Part shown: positions 27,525 to 44,618 of the stretch, piece after piece
Position numbering within the stretch: the stretch's first letter is position 1
How the letters are laid out: the number at the start of each line of letters is the position of its first letter
Assembly (NCBI RefSeq): GCF_009914755.1
Contig: NC_060929.1
Length of the DNA stretch: 64,000 nucleotides
Source: the human T2T-CHM13v2.0 reference genome, Homo sapiens
Strand: one strand, 5' to 3'
Notes under the pieces: generated by a model
Databases searched by the model: none
What the model saw: only the letters and a program-made list of their open reading frames with translations
What the model was told of the DNA's origin: nothing
Translations under genes and position numbers: made by a program

Positions 27525-27945
27525 GCATCAGTCCCGGTCCCACGGGAAACAGCTCACCCCCAGATGGTTCTGATGAAGAGACTTCAGTGTAGGTTCTGCT
27601 TACAGAGGTGTGAGCATAGATAAGGAAAGACAAGGGACAATGAGATGCCTAGACTAGCAACTGTATTTAGCCCTTACCGGCCCTAGGACTGTAGACTGAG
27701 GGGCCCCTGGCATAAGCGGTACTCATGAAGGCACATGCTATTGCCAGGACAGGGCACTGAAGCAGCGAAGGAGTGGGAAAGAAGTGACTTGACCTCTCTC
27801 AGCTCTCATCCTGCAGTGCCCTGCCAGTGCCTCCCACTGGTCACATCCAACATGAAGCCAGCCACAAGGGAGGCTTGTGCAGGCTGCACAGATCAGCCTT
27901 TCAAGACACAGAGCAGGGCAGACAGTGGATGTGGATGGGCATAGT
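27525..27945. mobile_element. Old LTR element (ERVL-class, family uncertain)
   Basis: Similar to 12000-12825 (GGAAACAGCTCACCCCCAGATGG..., CAGAGCAGGGCAGACAGTGGATGTGGATGGG). Confidence 0.45.
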
Positions 27946-29552
27946 GGTTTTTACAATTGGAGACTAACTTGCACAGTAATCAACTGTTTTACAGTGATCA
28001 CATTGTATATTTTGTTAATTTTAGAATGTATTATTTTGGAGAACTTTGAGAAATTTTGCAAGCATAGAAAAACATCCATTTTTCATATTTAAAAAACATT
28101 CCTCAGTATTTCACATTTACTTATGCAAAAGCTTCTTGTCTTTTAGGTTGTAAACTTTGTTATGAAGTCTCTTAAACTTTGTACATTCTTCTTATTTTCC
28201 CAATATATTAGTGCATATCATTGTATTGCGATAAGCCTGAAACAGAGAGGGCCACACTGTCTTTCAGATTGGCAGAGGGTGCTTTAAAAATTCCTCTTTT
28301 CTAGATAGGGGCATAGATATTTGTGAATTATTCAAAGGTGATCACTTGCCTTTAAATCAAGTTAATCAAAGTGGAATTTAGTTTAATGTCTTTCGTAGCT
28401 CATAGCTTAGGGGGAAGATGCTGTGTGTTTGAGACATTCACATAGCTGCATATATCATCTCCTTGCAGACATAGCTGGGAATTATTTTGCTGCACACATT
28501 AGTGAAATATACCAACTTGAAATGTTTGTGCTAACCGAGTGACCTGTTTTCTGTGTCATCATGTGTGTAATTCTCTTATGTCTGAGTAAAAGGCTGAGAT
28601 GAAGGTCTGTGTCTCTGGATACCCGTGGGGTTGCTAGGAAATGATTTTCGAAGTGCTCTGTGGTGATGCAGCAGGTTGAACTTTTTTTGTGAAGTGTTGT
28701 CATGGAAACCAAGTGCATCATTGCCTTGTCTGACTAATTTATCTTTTAATGATAAAAATTTGTAATCCAGGGTTAACAAATATAAATAATACAAATGCAA
28801 TAAAAAACCAATAACTGTAAAGGGAATACTGCTGTAAGTAGCGAATCCTTTGAATTGGAAGATGTCACAGGAGTATTGTGTGATTCATGTTGGTAAGGGC
28901 TTGGCAGTGTGGGGAGCTAATCAGTTTGTTTTCCTTCTTGTCATTGGAGTAGGGAAACCATGATTTCACTCTGTGGCTTAGTGCTGTGGGCTTTTATTAC
29001 TGACCTCGGCTCCTGAGCTTATAAGTAAAGAGGAAGGCGCTGCACACCCTGTGAGGCTCAGCAAGCTTGCCAGGGTTTTGTTTTCTGGGTGGTTGCTTAG
29101 TTGTACTTCTCCTTTATGACCTCTCACTCTGCTCTCTCCACCTAAGAGAAGGCTGGGTGACACAATGCAAGCCCTACCATTGATGAAGGCCAGTCATATG
29201 GAAATGGTGCCACAGGCTTGCTTTCTGGGCTAAGCAGTCCTACATCCCCCTTCCCCAGGAGCAGGTCCTGGAGCACAGAATCTGCCTTGACTTCCTTTTC
29301 GTGGTTAAAGGGCCCTCAAGGAGAGAAAACCTGCTCTTTTGTTTATTGAGGACAAAGTCTTATAGCATTGTAAGATATCAATGGATGCTGCTTATATCTG
29401 GATGAGTAGCTTACTATGGTAAGCTTTCCAATGAAAGGATAGGAGAACTGATCTGAAAGAAGACTTGATTCTATATTTAGTAGTTTATCTGCCTCCATAA
29501 GGATTTAGCTACTGGCGTTTCAGTCTACCTGACAGCCCCCAACCCCCTGAAG

Positions 29553-29555
<3 letters not shown>

Positions 29556-29605
<50 letters not shown>
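29556..29605. repeat. (TG)25 microsatellite
   Basis: Uninterrupted 50-bp TG run. Confidence 0.98.
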
Positions 29606-29610
<5 letters not shown>

Positions 29611-30699
29611 GACTTTTGTTGCATTAGGTTAAATATGCTCTTCAGTTTTAGACCATTCCAAAATATCTTTTATTAATATTTCCACCTTTAGGGTATGTTT
29701 GAGTTTTTTTTTTTTTTAATTTAAGGGGAAAAAGTTTGACTCTAGGCATGAGTCCTAAGATAAATAATGGAAGCGAGTCAATTTAAATCAGTATTTCACT
29801 GACTGGTGTTTACGGCCCAAATCTGTTTTCATGCTTTCATTTAGCATATATTTCCTGAGCACCTGCTTTGTGCTGGGTACTTCTGATGCACCTATTATGG
29901 ATAAAAGAAGGCGCCTAGAGGTAACTTTAAGGGGCTGAGAGCAAAGGCCAGCCAGAGCTTGCAACCTGTCCAGAGCAGTTTCAGACCAGGAGGATTCCAT
30001 CTGGCAGCCATACTGAAATCTCACTGGTGATGTCCCTGCATTTCCGTGACTTATTTCCTATTCCTTTGGTCATTTTCCCAGTTCCAGAATCTTGACCGCA
30101 CCTCCTAATGACGATGTGGTACACGTACCCAGCATTTTGCATGATTTCCTAGTATTGACCTTCTGTAGGGAATGTCACCTTTGTTGGTAAAATGGCCCCC
30201 AGAACCTAGACCTGGAAGGACTGGGCAGCTCTTGACTCCATCTATGGCATTTTATCTTCTGCTTTGATCTCCCTACTCACCCTCACCCAACTCCACATGG
30301 GCTTCAGGGTGAGAGAAGGGGCCCTCCTCCCCTCGTTAATATCCTAGCCAACTCATACACATGAGGTTGTATTTAGTTCCCAGAGCAGAGGTGAGTCAAG
30401 ACTCGCATGTTCAAGAGGACTTTACCGAGCCTCAGAGATGACAGAATAGAACAGGCCGAGGGAGCACTCTGAAACTAGACCCTCTGGTTTGCCCTTGGGT
30501 GCTGCAGTACTTGTCTAGTCTACCAGAGACTCCAGTCTGGCCTTCCCTACATAGTACCTTTCCATAGAAGTTTGACCTTTATCCTCTCTCCTCCAGATTC
30601 TTCCCCAAGATTCCTAGACCCCTGACGTCCAGACCAGGTGATTCTAAATCCCTCCCAGGGTAAATGTTATCTTTGGAAGTAAGTGATTGAGAGCTTTTG

Positions 30700-30865
30700 C
30701 TTAGAATTCCAGCTGCCACCACTCTCTAAATGAATATTATTTGGCCTGTTTTCTCGTTCATTTAATGGGATAAGAGTAATTCCTATTTTATCTGGGACCA
30801 GTGAGGATTAAATGAGAGCATGCACGCAAAGTGCTCAATGTAATGCCTGACACTTCGTAAATGCC
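30700..30865 (+). mobile_element. MIR fragment
   Basis: GAGGATTAAATGAGAGCATGCACGCAAAGTGCTCAATGTAATGCCTGACAC. Confidence 0.65.
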
Positions 30866-31399
30866 TTGTCATCATCATATTGTTGGAAAGACCACTCTTC
30901 CAGTGGTCTCTCACCCCCAACCCATTAGGGCTATTCTTAGCCCTCCTGGTCTAAGTACAATTATCATGGCCGTCATCTCACAGAGCAGCCCCACAGAGGC
31001 CTACAATCTGTTGTTTGTCCTTGCACCACAGCTGCCCTGGGCCCCTCTTGTATCACAGAATAATCCCATAGCCCTACCCTACCTTCCTTCTGGTATTTAC
31101 CTGTTGGTTGTGATTTGTGTGTGCGTGCACGTGCTTGAGGAAACCCCAAGTTGGGAAACATGAAAATGGGAGCATAGACTAACTAATTGACCATATTTAT
31201 TCACCTTTAGTATATTATTCAATTGATGAAATACTCAGAATGGCCTTTGCTGTAAAACGTCCAGCATTTTGCCTCCATTTGCTGTGTATATTTCAGCACT
31301 GGGCCTACCAGTGTATGAACAGGATTCTCTGGGACATGCTCATGTTTCTCCCTGTTAGAGTCTCATTCTTGCAGATCAAGGATTAGGAGACTAAACGGG

Positions 31400-32630
31400 G
31401 CATTCATTCATTCATTTAGCTATACAACAAGTAAATGTTGAGTGCCTACTGTGACCTTGAATCAGGGAATACAAACAAGGTCCTTACACTCATAGTGCTT
31501 ATGTTGTAATTTATTCACCATTTTCATTCATTCATCCATTCATTCATTCAATGCATCTTGAAATTCTGTGTTCATCTTTTTGTCAATAAGGAATATTTTC
31601 TTCATATCCTTCTCTTTTTTTCACTTACACCTTCATTCGTCTATTTGTTTGGCAGATATTGATTGAAGTGGGGGCCTAATATGTGTCAGTCAATGTTTGA
31701 GACACTGAGTTACAGCAGAAAAAAAAAAAAAACTAAAAATTCTTGTTTTCTGAGTACTTACATTTTAACTGGGGGAGATCACCAAGAAAAAAAATTTAAC
31801 AACCTTATTTGGTTGGTACTATAATTATCCCCATTTAAAAGATGAGGAAACTGGAGCCGAGATAGATTAGGTAATTTATTTAAGGTCACACCACCAGGAA
31901 GTGGCAAAGTCACGATTGACACCCAGGCTGGCTGACTGGACTCTTAACTGCTGTGCTGTGTTGCCAGAGAGGATATTCTGGAAAGATAACTTTTGAGATA
32001 AGACTTGAAGGAAGCAAGGGAGTGAGCCATGTGGCTATCTGGAGGAGGAATACCCCAGACAGTGGGAGGTCCCGAGTCAGGAATATGCTTGGCATTTTGA
32101 GAGAAGCACAAGCAGGCCAGTGTTTTTGGGATGGAATAAGTGAGAGGGAAGAGAGGTGAGAGGACAAGGTTCTAGCTACCTGTAGACACAAATGTGGGAG
32201 TCATCAGTGCATAGATGACACTTAAAGCTATGAAACTGGATGGGATCATCAAGTGAGTGAGTATGGATAGAAGAAGAGATCTAAGAACTAGATTAAGACC
32301 TGGGGCACCCAGAAGTTAGAGGCTGGGTTGATGAGGAGAAATTCAGTTTCTAAGAATGAGTAGCCACTGAATAGGAGGAAGAAGTGTAGTGACTTTCACT
32401 TGAATGCCAAGTGGAAAAAGTGTTTTGAAGAGGAGGAAGTGATTAACTGTGTCACATGCTGCTGATAGTTCAAAAAAGATGAGGACCAATATTGGACCAC
32501 TGGATTTAGCAACATGGAGGTCATCAGTGAACTTGACCAGGACAGTTTCAGTGTGGTGATGGAGGCAAAATCTTGCCTAGAGTGGTTCAAAGAGAGAATG
32601 GGGGAGAGTAAATTTAGATAACTATTTTGA
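31400..32630 (-). mobile_element. L2 fragments with a nested MIR (~31815-31935)
   Basis: (CATT)n L2 tails; GAGATAAGACTTGAAGGAAGCAAGGGAGTGAGCCATG and CCACTGGATTTAGCAACATGGAGGTCA L2 motifs; MIR core AGATGAGGAAACTGGAG...AAGGTCACAC. Confidence 0.7.
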
Positions 32631-32689
32631 GGAGTTTTTCCACAAAGGAAAGGAAAAAAATGAAATGATATTGGCTGGGAAAGTGTTCT

Positions 32690-35450
<2,761 letters not shown>

Positions 35451-35963
35451 CTCTAATTCTTTGTACAATAAACAACACCAATCTTTTCTCTCCTTTACTG
35501 GATAATTTTAGTGTGGAAAATAACATCTAACCTTTCTGAAATCGAAATCCACACTTTTGATGAACATGATCCAATTCCAATCTCTTATGCTTATGTAACT
35601 TTAAAACTTTCCACACATCTTTCTAACAAACATGGGCTCCTCTAGCTTTAGCTGTATTGTAAGATCTTAGATGAGGTTAAACACCTTCCTGTTCAGAGCT
35701 TTCATTCTTGTAATAACCCAGGCTTGTCTCTCCAGAATGCTCTTCTACTTGGGTGGCTTTTAAAGCATGTTTGTTTATAGCTGCTCCTGGTCCATTATCC
35801 CCTGGGAACACAATGTTTTATAGGGGGTCCTTGAGCAGAAAAACACAGCAGCAACCCTAACCCTTCGACGTCAGTCTCTCCAAGTGCATCGAAGTTTAAG
35901 TGTTTTGCTTCCTTCATCAGTACTTTTTCTGTGATCCTTCCTTTTCAACAAGCTCTCCAGTAA

Positions 35964-36357
<394 letters not shown>

Positions 36358-37369
36358 AAGGGCAATTTAAATTTTAATTAAAACTCCGAGGTCACAGGAG
36401 GTCTCGTAGACAGGATTCTACTCATGTAGAAAGAAAGTAGAAACCATAAGATAACCTAGTGTACATCTGCCTTGTCACCAGTCAGATAATCCTATGCCAA
36501 CATCTTCTCCATCACTAGGGCTAGCTATTAATATCTTTTCAGTAAAATATGCTATTTAAAGTGTTATACCCACACTAATTATTCAAACACATTCAAATTG
36601 AAATTAACTAAGCTGACAATTATTCAGTACCCATTTTATGCAATAAGTGTTGTGAAAGGAAATAAAGAAAGAAAAATACATAACTCTTACCTCCAAGAAG
36701 CTTTCTGATTTGCATTTCCATAAAATAAAATTATTTTGTCTTTCAAATACAGGTTTCCAAATACAGAGGGATAAAATGTTGAATTAACCTTTTGAATAAT
36801 ACGTAGTTGCAACTAAGCAGCGTTTTCCTAAATAAGCATGTTTACAAAACTTCCTAGGAAGTGACCAGATTGCTATTCATTTTAGTAACACATAGTGAAT
36901 TTTTTTAGTGCAAAAATGAGGGATAAAGGAGAAAAAGTGAGACAGTTGCAAACAGGAGTTGCAATCAACAAGGGAGACAGCAGCCAAATGAAAAGAGTTC
37001 TTTTTCTAGAGCACTCACTAGTATAGCATTTTTGGAAGAGTGGCTTTTGAATAAAACATCCGGAAAACTGGTTGATACACTTACTGTCAGTTCAGCACGC
37101 ACACCTCATTGCTTTTCTTCGGCAAGTATTGGGAGTAACTCATCATTATAGTCAAATATGTATTCAAATGCTTTGACTACTGGAGATATCATAGTTCAAA
37201 GTGTATTGCTCTTGAATCTGAAGAAAGAACCTTAATTGATGTTTAATGTGAACTCAGATATTGAGAGAAGAATGATAAGACGTCACATATTTCAACAGAT
37301 TTAAAGTAATTTGAGGAGGTAAACAGGCATAATCATTTTACTTATGGCACAAAAACAATCATAGTAAGA

Positions 37370-37560
37370 ATAGTTACTAATATTTATTGAGCACCACATG
37401 AAGAGCATGATGTGCATTACCTCACTGAATCATGCAGCAATCCTGTCCTATAAGCACTATGATCCTTATCTCCATTTTACCAACATGAAGGATTAGAGGT
37501 TAGAGAGGTTCAGTAGCTTGACCAAGGTCACACTGTTACTAAGTGATGAGGCCAAGTCTG
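37370..37560 (-). mobile_element. MIR
   Basis: GAGGTTAGAGAGGTTCAGTAGCTTGACCAAGGTCACAC. Confidence 0.75.
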
Positions 37561-38565
37561 GGTGCCAAGGCCAGTTCCCAGCCACCATTCCTCCCTCTCT
37601 CATGAGATCATGTGTTCTTCAAGCAAAGTTCACGTTGGCCATCAGATTATTTCTCTGGGAAAATATTAAAGCTGCATTGATTTGCTAAAGAAACCACAAG
37701 TGTCTGGCTAACTTGCATTTCAAATTTTGCTTTAAAGTTTTAAAGTTATCATTTTAAGAACAGCTGCTGTAGCTGCTATAATGCCTCTGGAAAAGATAGC
37801 AGAAAAAATCCACTGCCTTGCCCACCACTACTACAAACAACAGCAAAACTTTCTCATGGTTCAAATCCTTCCTTAACTTGTCCCAACACCAAATTCACGC
37901 AAGGTGTATGCCGATGAGCCTCCTGTAAAATATCCAGAGCTTCTAATTTGGGGTAAGATGAATTAAGCACTCCATTCTCTCTCTCCAACTTAATGCAATT
38001 ATAAAACCTGGCGAGAATGCATGGAGCAATTATTTAAGAACCTTGAAAAGTAAATAGTAACAGGTAGATTGGGAGGGCAGCCAGAAATGGAAGAACTACC
38101 AAACTGGTGGTGTGTTTACAATTTTCCCCTCACTGGTATCCCTCAGCCTGTATCCAGTGCTCTCCAAGAGACCTCCCTGAGTCCTTAGTTCTGGCAGAAG
38201 GCACAGGAAAAGAAAGGTGGCCAAATATCAGTAGCAAACGTGCTTAAAGAGAAGTTAACAGTTATTAGCTCAACATATTTCATCTACATCAGCATGTTTT
38301 AAAGTATGTTTCAAAGGACAATAGTTGTGCAGAATGTTAGGCTCAAATGAACAAAAAAGCAAAATAGTGGAGATCCAGTGCTGTTTGGGATTAGGCTCTT
38401 TGTAAACCACTAAAAGAAGCTAGATATATTTCTAATTTGGTAAAATAATAGGTATGATTTGGAGATCCAGTTTATTATGGCTAAAATTTATTAGTGAGAC
38501 TTTAAGACATCAGCTCCTTCTGTTAGAAGTTTTATATCAAAATGTCAGTCAAATTTCTTTTTCTT

Positions 38566-38870
38566 TTTTTAATTTATTTATGTATTTATTTTTTGAGGCG
38601 GAGTCTCCCTCTGTCGCCCAGGCTGGAGTGCAGTGGCACAGTCTTGGCTCACTGAAAGCTCCATCTCCCGGGTTCACGCCATTCTCCTGCCTCAGCCTGT
38701 AGCTGCGACTACAGGCACCCACGACCTCGCCTGGCTAATTTTTTGTATTTTTAGTAGAGACAGGGTTTCACCATATTAGCCAGGATGGTCTTGATCTCCT
38801 GACCTTGTGATCCGCCTGTCTCGGCCTCCCTAAGAGCTGGGATTACAGGTGTGAGCCACTGCGCCTGGCC
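38566..38870 (-). mobile_element. AluY-like
   Basis: GGGTTCACGCCATTCTCC and TTAGCCAGGATGG; TSD AAATTTCTTTTTCTT. Confidence 0.95.
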
Positions 38871-39249
38871 AAATTTCTTTTTCTTATTAGATTTAACATT
38901 CTAAGAAATACCAAAGATAAAAAGTATAATACCAATCAATTATACTTTTTAATATCAACTATACCATGTTTATTCTATTTTTTAAAAGTGGTCTCTTTTA
39001 ATCAAGGCTTTGCAATGATGTTGATGGGAAAAGTTTATGGTGAATTTTATAAATATAATTCAGTAGCTTGAGCCTAACTTTTTTGGAGTGCAAGAGGAGT
39101 GTCTAAGAAGATATCTTCTATGGTATGTCCATAGATAAAAATGTAATACCTTTAGACAGAGCCAACTATACTACCAGAAAATATAATCTGTATGTTAAGT
39201 AAGCCATTTAGGAGTTAGCATTGCATTTTTTTGTTTTGAAAAAACACCC

Positions 39250-39860
39250 CAGCTTTATTGGAGTATGCTTTATATACCATAAACTTTATCAAATTAAAGT
39301 GTATAGTTTCATGAATTTTAATAAATCTATATAGTTATGGCAACATCACTACAATCTAGTTTTAGAACATTTCATTACCCCTAAAAGATCCCTAGCACCT
39401 GTTTACAGTTGAGCCTGCTCCCACTCCCAGACCCAGACAACCACAGATCCTCTTTCTGTTGGTTTTAACTTTTCTGGAAATTTTATATAAATGGAATCAT
39501 ACAATATGTAGTCTTTTTTGCCTGAGTTCTTTCAGTTAACATGCTTTCAAGGCTCATTCATGTTGTAGCATGTGTGAGTAGTTGGTTCCATTTTATTGCT
39601 AAGTGGTGTTCTACTATATGGATAGGACACATTTTGTTTGTTCATTCATCAGTTGGTGGACATTTTGGTTATTTTTAAATTTTTGCTATTATAAGTAATG
39701 CTGCTGTGGACATTTGCATACAAGTTTTTGTGTGGATGTGTGTTTTTGTTATTTCTCATGAGGAGATACATCAGAGTGAAGTCAGGGTTGTATAGTGACT
39801 CCTTAAGTCATTGCCAAAATGTTTTCCAAAGTACTTGTAACATGCTGCATTTCCACCGCC
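39250..39860 (-). mobile_element. L1MB/ME 3' end
   Basis: CAGCTTTATTGGAGTATG...ATATAAATGGAATCATACAATATGTAGTC. Confidence 0.8.
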
Positions 39861-40489
39861 ACCGCTGCATCCTTTTCTGCTTGATTAAATGGTTAATGTT
39901 TGGTCTGAACTTAAGAGCAGGAAGCAGGGTATGTGGGAGAGTTGAAGAAGACACTCCACCACCACCACCACCACTGCAACAAGAAGGGCACTGGGGAGTC
40001 AGATTGGATGACACAAGCCAAGCCATGATAGGACTGCAGGAAACCCAGGCTCGAAGATCGTAGCAGACATACAAACCAATCAGATGGGTTTTAGAAAGAC
40101 CTAGCTTGGGGGTGGGGTAAACCGGTGGCAGCAGACCTCTGAAATGGCACAGTAGGACTCCAGCTGTAGGCTCAGCTCTAGAGAGGAAGACTGAAAACAG
40201 AAAGAGCAACAGGGCCCTCAGCCACTTGCCTTGGGTTCATGGCAGGGCTGCAGCCTTGGGGTACTCCCAATGTGGCCAAAGTCACAGGGTCACGTATAGA
40301 GATGGGACCAGGTCAGGAAGGAAAGAGAAATGATCTGGGTCTAGGAAACCATACAGGCTCCAGGGGCAGCCTTAGGGCAACTTGCAGTGAAGATGCCATA
40401 GAGGCAAGCTTCTTAACAGAAATACATCTGTTGGGAGTGGCCCAGCAGGCCTCAGTATATTGTATAGAAAGCAGAGACTTTGAAATAAT

Positions 40490-40750
40490 AATAATAATAA
40501 CCAACCTGTATATAGTTCTCACTTTATACTAAGTACTTTTTTAAGTGCTCTCTCTCTCTCTATATATAAATTTTTAAAATTCTCACTGCAACCCCACAGG
40601 ATAGATACTGTTATCTCATTTGATTAAGCAAGACACTAAGCATCAAGAGATGGAGTGACCTGCCCAAGGTCACGCAGCTATTAAGTAGGTAAACTAGGAT
40701 TCCAACCAAGACTGGCTGGCTCCAGGGGCCATCCTCTTGACCACTAAGCT
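40490..40750 (-). mobile_element. MIR
   Basis: GTGACCTGCCCAAGGTCACGCAGCTATTAAGT...GGATTCCAACC. Confidence 0.75.
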
Positions 40751-41769
40751 AGTCACCCCTCAATGTAATGCTTATCACCTCTGCCTGAATGGACTCAAAA
40801 ACTTGTCATCCAGGGCAGGGGGTGCTGAGAATCTCAGCATAGGAGAGGCAAGACCCTAGCTGAAAGTTTAATACAAAAATATCACGCAGACATAGGCCAC
40901 AGATTCCAGTGAATGTGTAATCATAGGCAAGGGGAAAATACTGTATCTTAAGGGAAACCTTAAGTGAAATATTCCTTACATTGTTTTTTTAAAAACAGCC
41001 AAAAATCTCCCTCTAGCTCTGCAGTTAATATTTGAGCTATGTCTAAGATAGGTCCAAAAGTAATGAACTAGAACATTGTCATACAGGCTTTGCATGATTT
41101 TAGCTACTCTCCATTGGTTTGAATAAAATACTCTCCTACTCTCCAAATTAGCGAAATGTTATACAAGCTAACAATGGTTTAAAAAATGAAGAGTGTCTTG
41201 AGTAAAATAAAATAACTTTGTTTTTTAGGGGGAGCATTAAAATAAAAAGAAGAGTACATTGAAACCAAATTATCAATGCTTTGTAACTTTTCTGTGACTT
41301 TATATGCAAGATAATTAGATTTTTTAAAAGAGACATATGGGTAGTATCATTATCATTAACAATGACTATTTTCTGAGAATTGACAGTCTCTCTGATCGTA
41401 CAGACGACAAGGCCCAGACCTTCAGGAACTTAGAGTTCAGAGAATGAAGTGAGATGATTATTATTGGGCCTCCTCTGCCTGCCTCATTTCCTCTTTCTCT
41501 TTGGTCTTTATTTCATGGAGCAGCTTGTGTGTGTGTGCACATGTGTGCATGTTCACTAAGGGCTATGCACTTATTTGACCCTCACAGCAGCCCCGTGAGA
41601 TAGATATATTATTATCCTCATTTTAAAGAAAAGGAAACTGAGGTTTAGTATTTACATATGATAACTTATCTGAGATCATTCTGATCAGAATCTGTGTTCT
41701 TACTACTATGTATTTTGTACCCCTCCTCTCTCCTATAACCTCCTCCCCCCCCGCCCCCCCCCCCCCAAC

Positions 41770-42056
41770 TTTTTGAGACAGGGTCTTGTTCTGTTGCCCA
41801 GGCTGGAGTGCAGTAGCACAGTCACAGCTCACTGTAGCCTTACCTCCTGAGCTCAAGCAATCCTCTTGCCTCAGCCTTCCAAGCAGCTGGGACCACAGGT
41901 ACGCACTACCACGCCCAGCTAACTTTTTACATTTTTTGTAGAGATGGGTTCTTATTATGTTGCCCAGGCTGGTCTTGAATTCCTGAGCTCAAGCAGTCCT
42001 CCTGCCTCAGCCTCCAGAAGTGCTGGGACTACAGGCATGAGCCATCATGCCCTGCC
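41770..42056 (-). mobile_element. AluJ with adjacent poly(C) tract (41739-41766)
   Basis: GAGACAGGGTCTTG...CACAGCTCACTGTAGCC...GAGCTCAAGC AluJ diagnostics. Confidence 0.92.
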
Positions 42057-42318
42057 CTATTGTCTTTTATTTTTCCTCCTCAATTGGTCATAATATTAAA
42101 AAAAAATGCATTTTAGGTCATTTGATGGATTTATTGCATTCATGCTATTATTTGACTTCATTGATCTACAAATGATTGTGCCATTCTGGCTTGTGGGCGT
42201 GGGGGGTTCCCTCAGAGGGCAGGTCCCAGGACAGTTAGGTTGTTCGTGGGGACTCCTCCGCCATCTGAGGTCAGGAAGAGAAAACAAGGGCAGAGCCTGA
42301 CTTATGTACAATTTATTG

Positions 42319-42653
42319 CAGGGTTCTGAAACTCCCGCCTGAGGTACCGGTCTGGCTCACTACCTATTTTTGTATGGCTCATGACTTAAGAAAGGGATTT
42401 ACATTTTTAAATGCCTGAAAGAAAGTTAGAAGAAAAAAACATTTTATGACAGGTGAAAATTATCTGAAATTCCAATTTCGGTGAACTTAAATAATGTTTT
42501 ATTGAAGCATAGCTGTGTTCATTTATTTACTTATTGTCTATGATAGCAGTCACACTTGCAGAGTCGAATAGTTGTGACAGAGACCAAATGGCCTGCAAAC
42601 CCAAAAATATTTACTGTCTGGGGCCCTTTACAGAAAAAGTTTGCCAATCCCTG
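42319..42653. mobile_element. MER58B-like hAT-Charlie element
   Basis: Ends ...AATATTTACTGTCTGGGGCCCTTTACAGAAAAAGTTTGCCAATCCCTG. Confidence 0.8.
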
Positions 42654-42734
42654 GTCTACTGGAGCAGGTTGGAGAAGCTGTGAGCTCGTTGAGGAAAGTG
42701 ACTAAGCTTTACAAAGGAAAAGAGCCAGCAGGCA

Positions 42735-42950
42735 ACATGGTGTTCTTGTTGGGTAAGAGTTCTTCAGACTCTGGCTTTGATCTTGACTCCACCTGTGTGA
42801 CCTTAACTCCACCTGTGTGACCTTGAGCAAGTTACTTTGCCTGTCTATGCTCATATTTCATATTTATAAAGTAGTGATAATCGTAGTTCCTACCTCATAG
42901 GTTGTTATAAGGATTATATTTATATGCTAATCTTGTCAACAGTGCTTTAA
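42735..42950 (+). mobile_element. MIR carrying a 20-bp tandem duplication
   Basis: TGTGTGACCTTGAGCAAGTTACT...TACCTCATAGGTTGTTATAAGGATTA. Confidence 0.75.
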
Positions 42951-44618
42951 TATAAATGTAGCACACAAATAAGTTAATTAAGGTTCATTGTTGTGCTATG
43001 GGCGTTTCCTCTAGGCTTCATACAACAGGGCCCTACTGGCCCCTAAACCTCAGCCACTCTGGATGGCACCCCACCCTTAGAAATATGAGACCTTCTGGTT
43101 GGCTCCTGAGATCCTTCTGTCTCCAGCACAGGCTCTGGTGGCTCACAGGTGTACTTTTCTCCTTATTGTTCTGGGCCAGTAGCTCCCAATGCCAGCCCTT
43201 TCAGAGGCTCCTGCCCTCTGTTCCGCAGCAGGAGGTGTGATGCGGTCCTGGCACTGCAGTCACGCAGGGTGCCTCGGGGTCCCAAATGTGGGCCATGTCA
43301 TTCTCACACGAGCCTCCCTCTGTGTCATATCACAATGAGTGCATCCCTGATGGCCCTGTGGGGCCACAACCATGAACATTAGTCCAGAGCAGGGGTCGAG
43401 CCATGCCCTGCGGTGACCCTGTGTGACCTGCTGAGGGCCTGGCTGCTCTGCATGTTCATCAATATCACTTTTATGCAGCAGGTACCACATGCCAGGCCTC
43501 GGGCTAGGGCTCTGCACACATCACCCTTCATCCTCATGAGATCCCTGCAGAGCAGCACAATACCCATCTTACAGTGGGGAGGTCACCACAGCAGTCAGCA
43601 AAGTCTCCCTCCTGTATCTAGGGCTAAATGTGTTCCTTCCCCCTCCCTGAGGGCCAGTGTTCTGTAGAGATTTGGTTTCCCTTAAGAGAGGTGGAAATCA
43701 TGTCCTAGTATGATAACTATGAATCCTTTCTGCCTCTTACCCTTGGCTGCCTCATCCCCTCACCCTTAGGCCACATTGGTTTCTCCTAAGCACCATGTGT
43801 AGTAGGTATTCAGTAAATGTTTGCTGTCCAGGGGATCCATGCAGGAAAGTCTGAGGTTACAAGCAGGTAAACAGAAAAGCCCACAGCACTTCACCCGCAT
43901 GGTGGTGTTTGGATCTATTATAACAGCACGTCTAAGCCAGGCCTGTTCATCCCCCATGGGACAGCTGAGAAAACAAAGGTAGGTGCAGAGAAGTGAAGTG
44001 ATTATTCCAAAGTTACAGTCACAAACCCAGCTCTGACTCTGAAACAGAAAAGTGTTCTAGGCAGAAATGACAACTGAGGGCTAATGAGCATTAACTGGAC
44101 TGCAAGCTCGATGAGGGCAGGGGCTATTGCCTGTTTATTCACTGTTGGAACCCAAGGGCCAAGAATGCTGGCTGGCTCATGGGAAGTACCCAACTAATAT
44201 GGGTGGAAGTCATAGCAAATATTGTTGCCAAGGTGCAGATGAATCAGGAGCTTCCTATTTGGATGGGAAGCAAAGGAGAGAGTATAACTGCACTGAGAGG
44301 GATACCTTCTATCCTCAAGAATTAAGAAACCCCCAATTAAATTAGTTTTTTTTGTTGTTGTTGTTGTTGTCTAATGAGCTTCAGTTTCTTCTGTATCCAC
44401 AACACGGATCATTGGCCTTGGTGACAAAAACTTCCTTGCCCCAGTATACCTTATCACTACAGGGAAAAAGTCCGTGTGTACCTACCGTGAAGAAGCAAGG
44501 TTGTTACCTGACACACTAACAACACATCAGATGCACTTGCAGAATCCGGCTTGTCTCTGGGGAAAGAAACAATCTACTTATGCCAGAAAACCTCTGGAAA
44601 TTTACACATCGTATGTGG

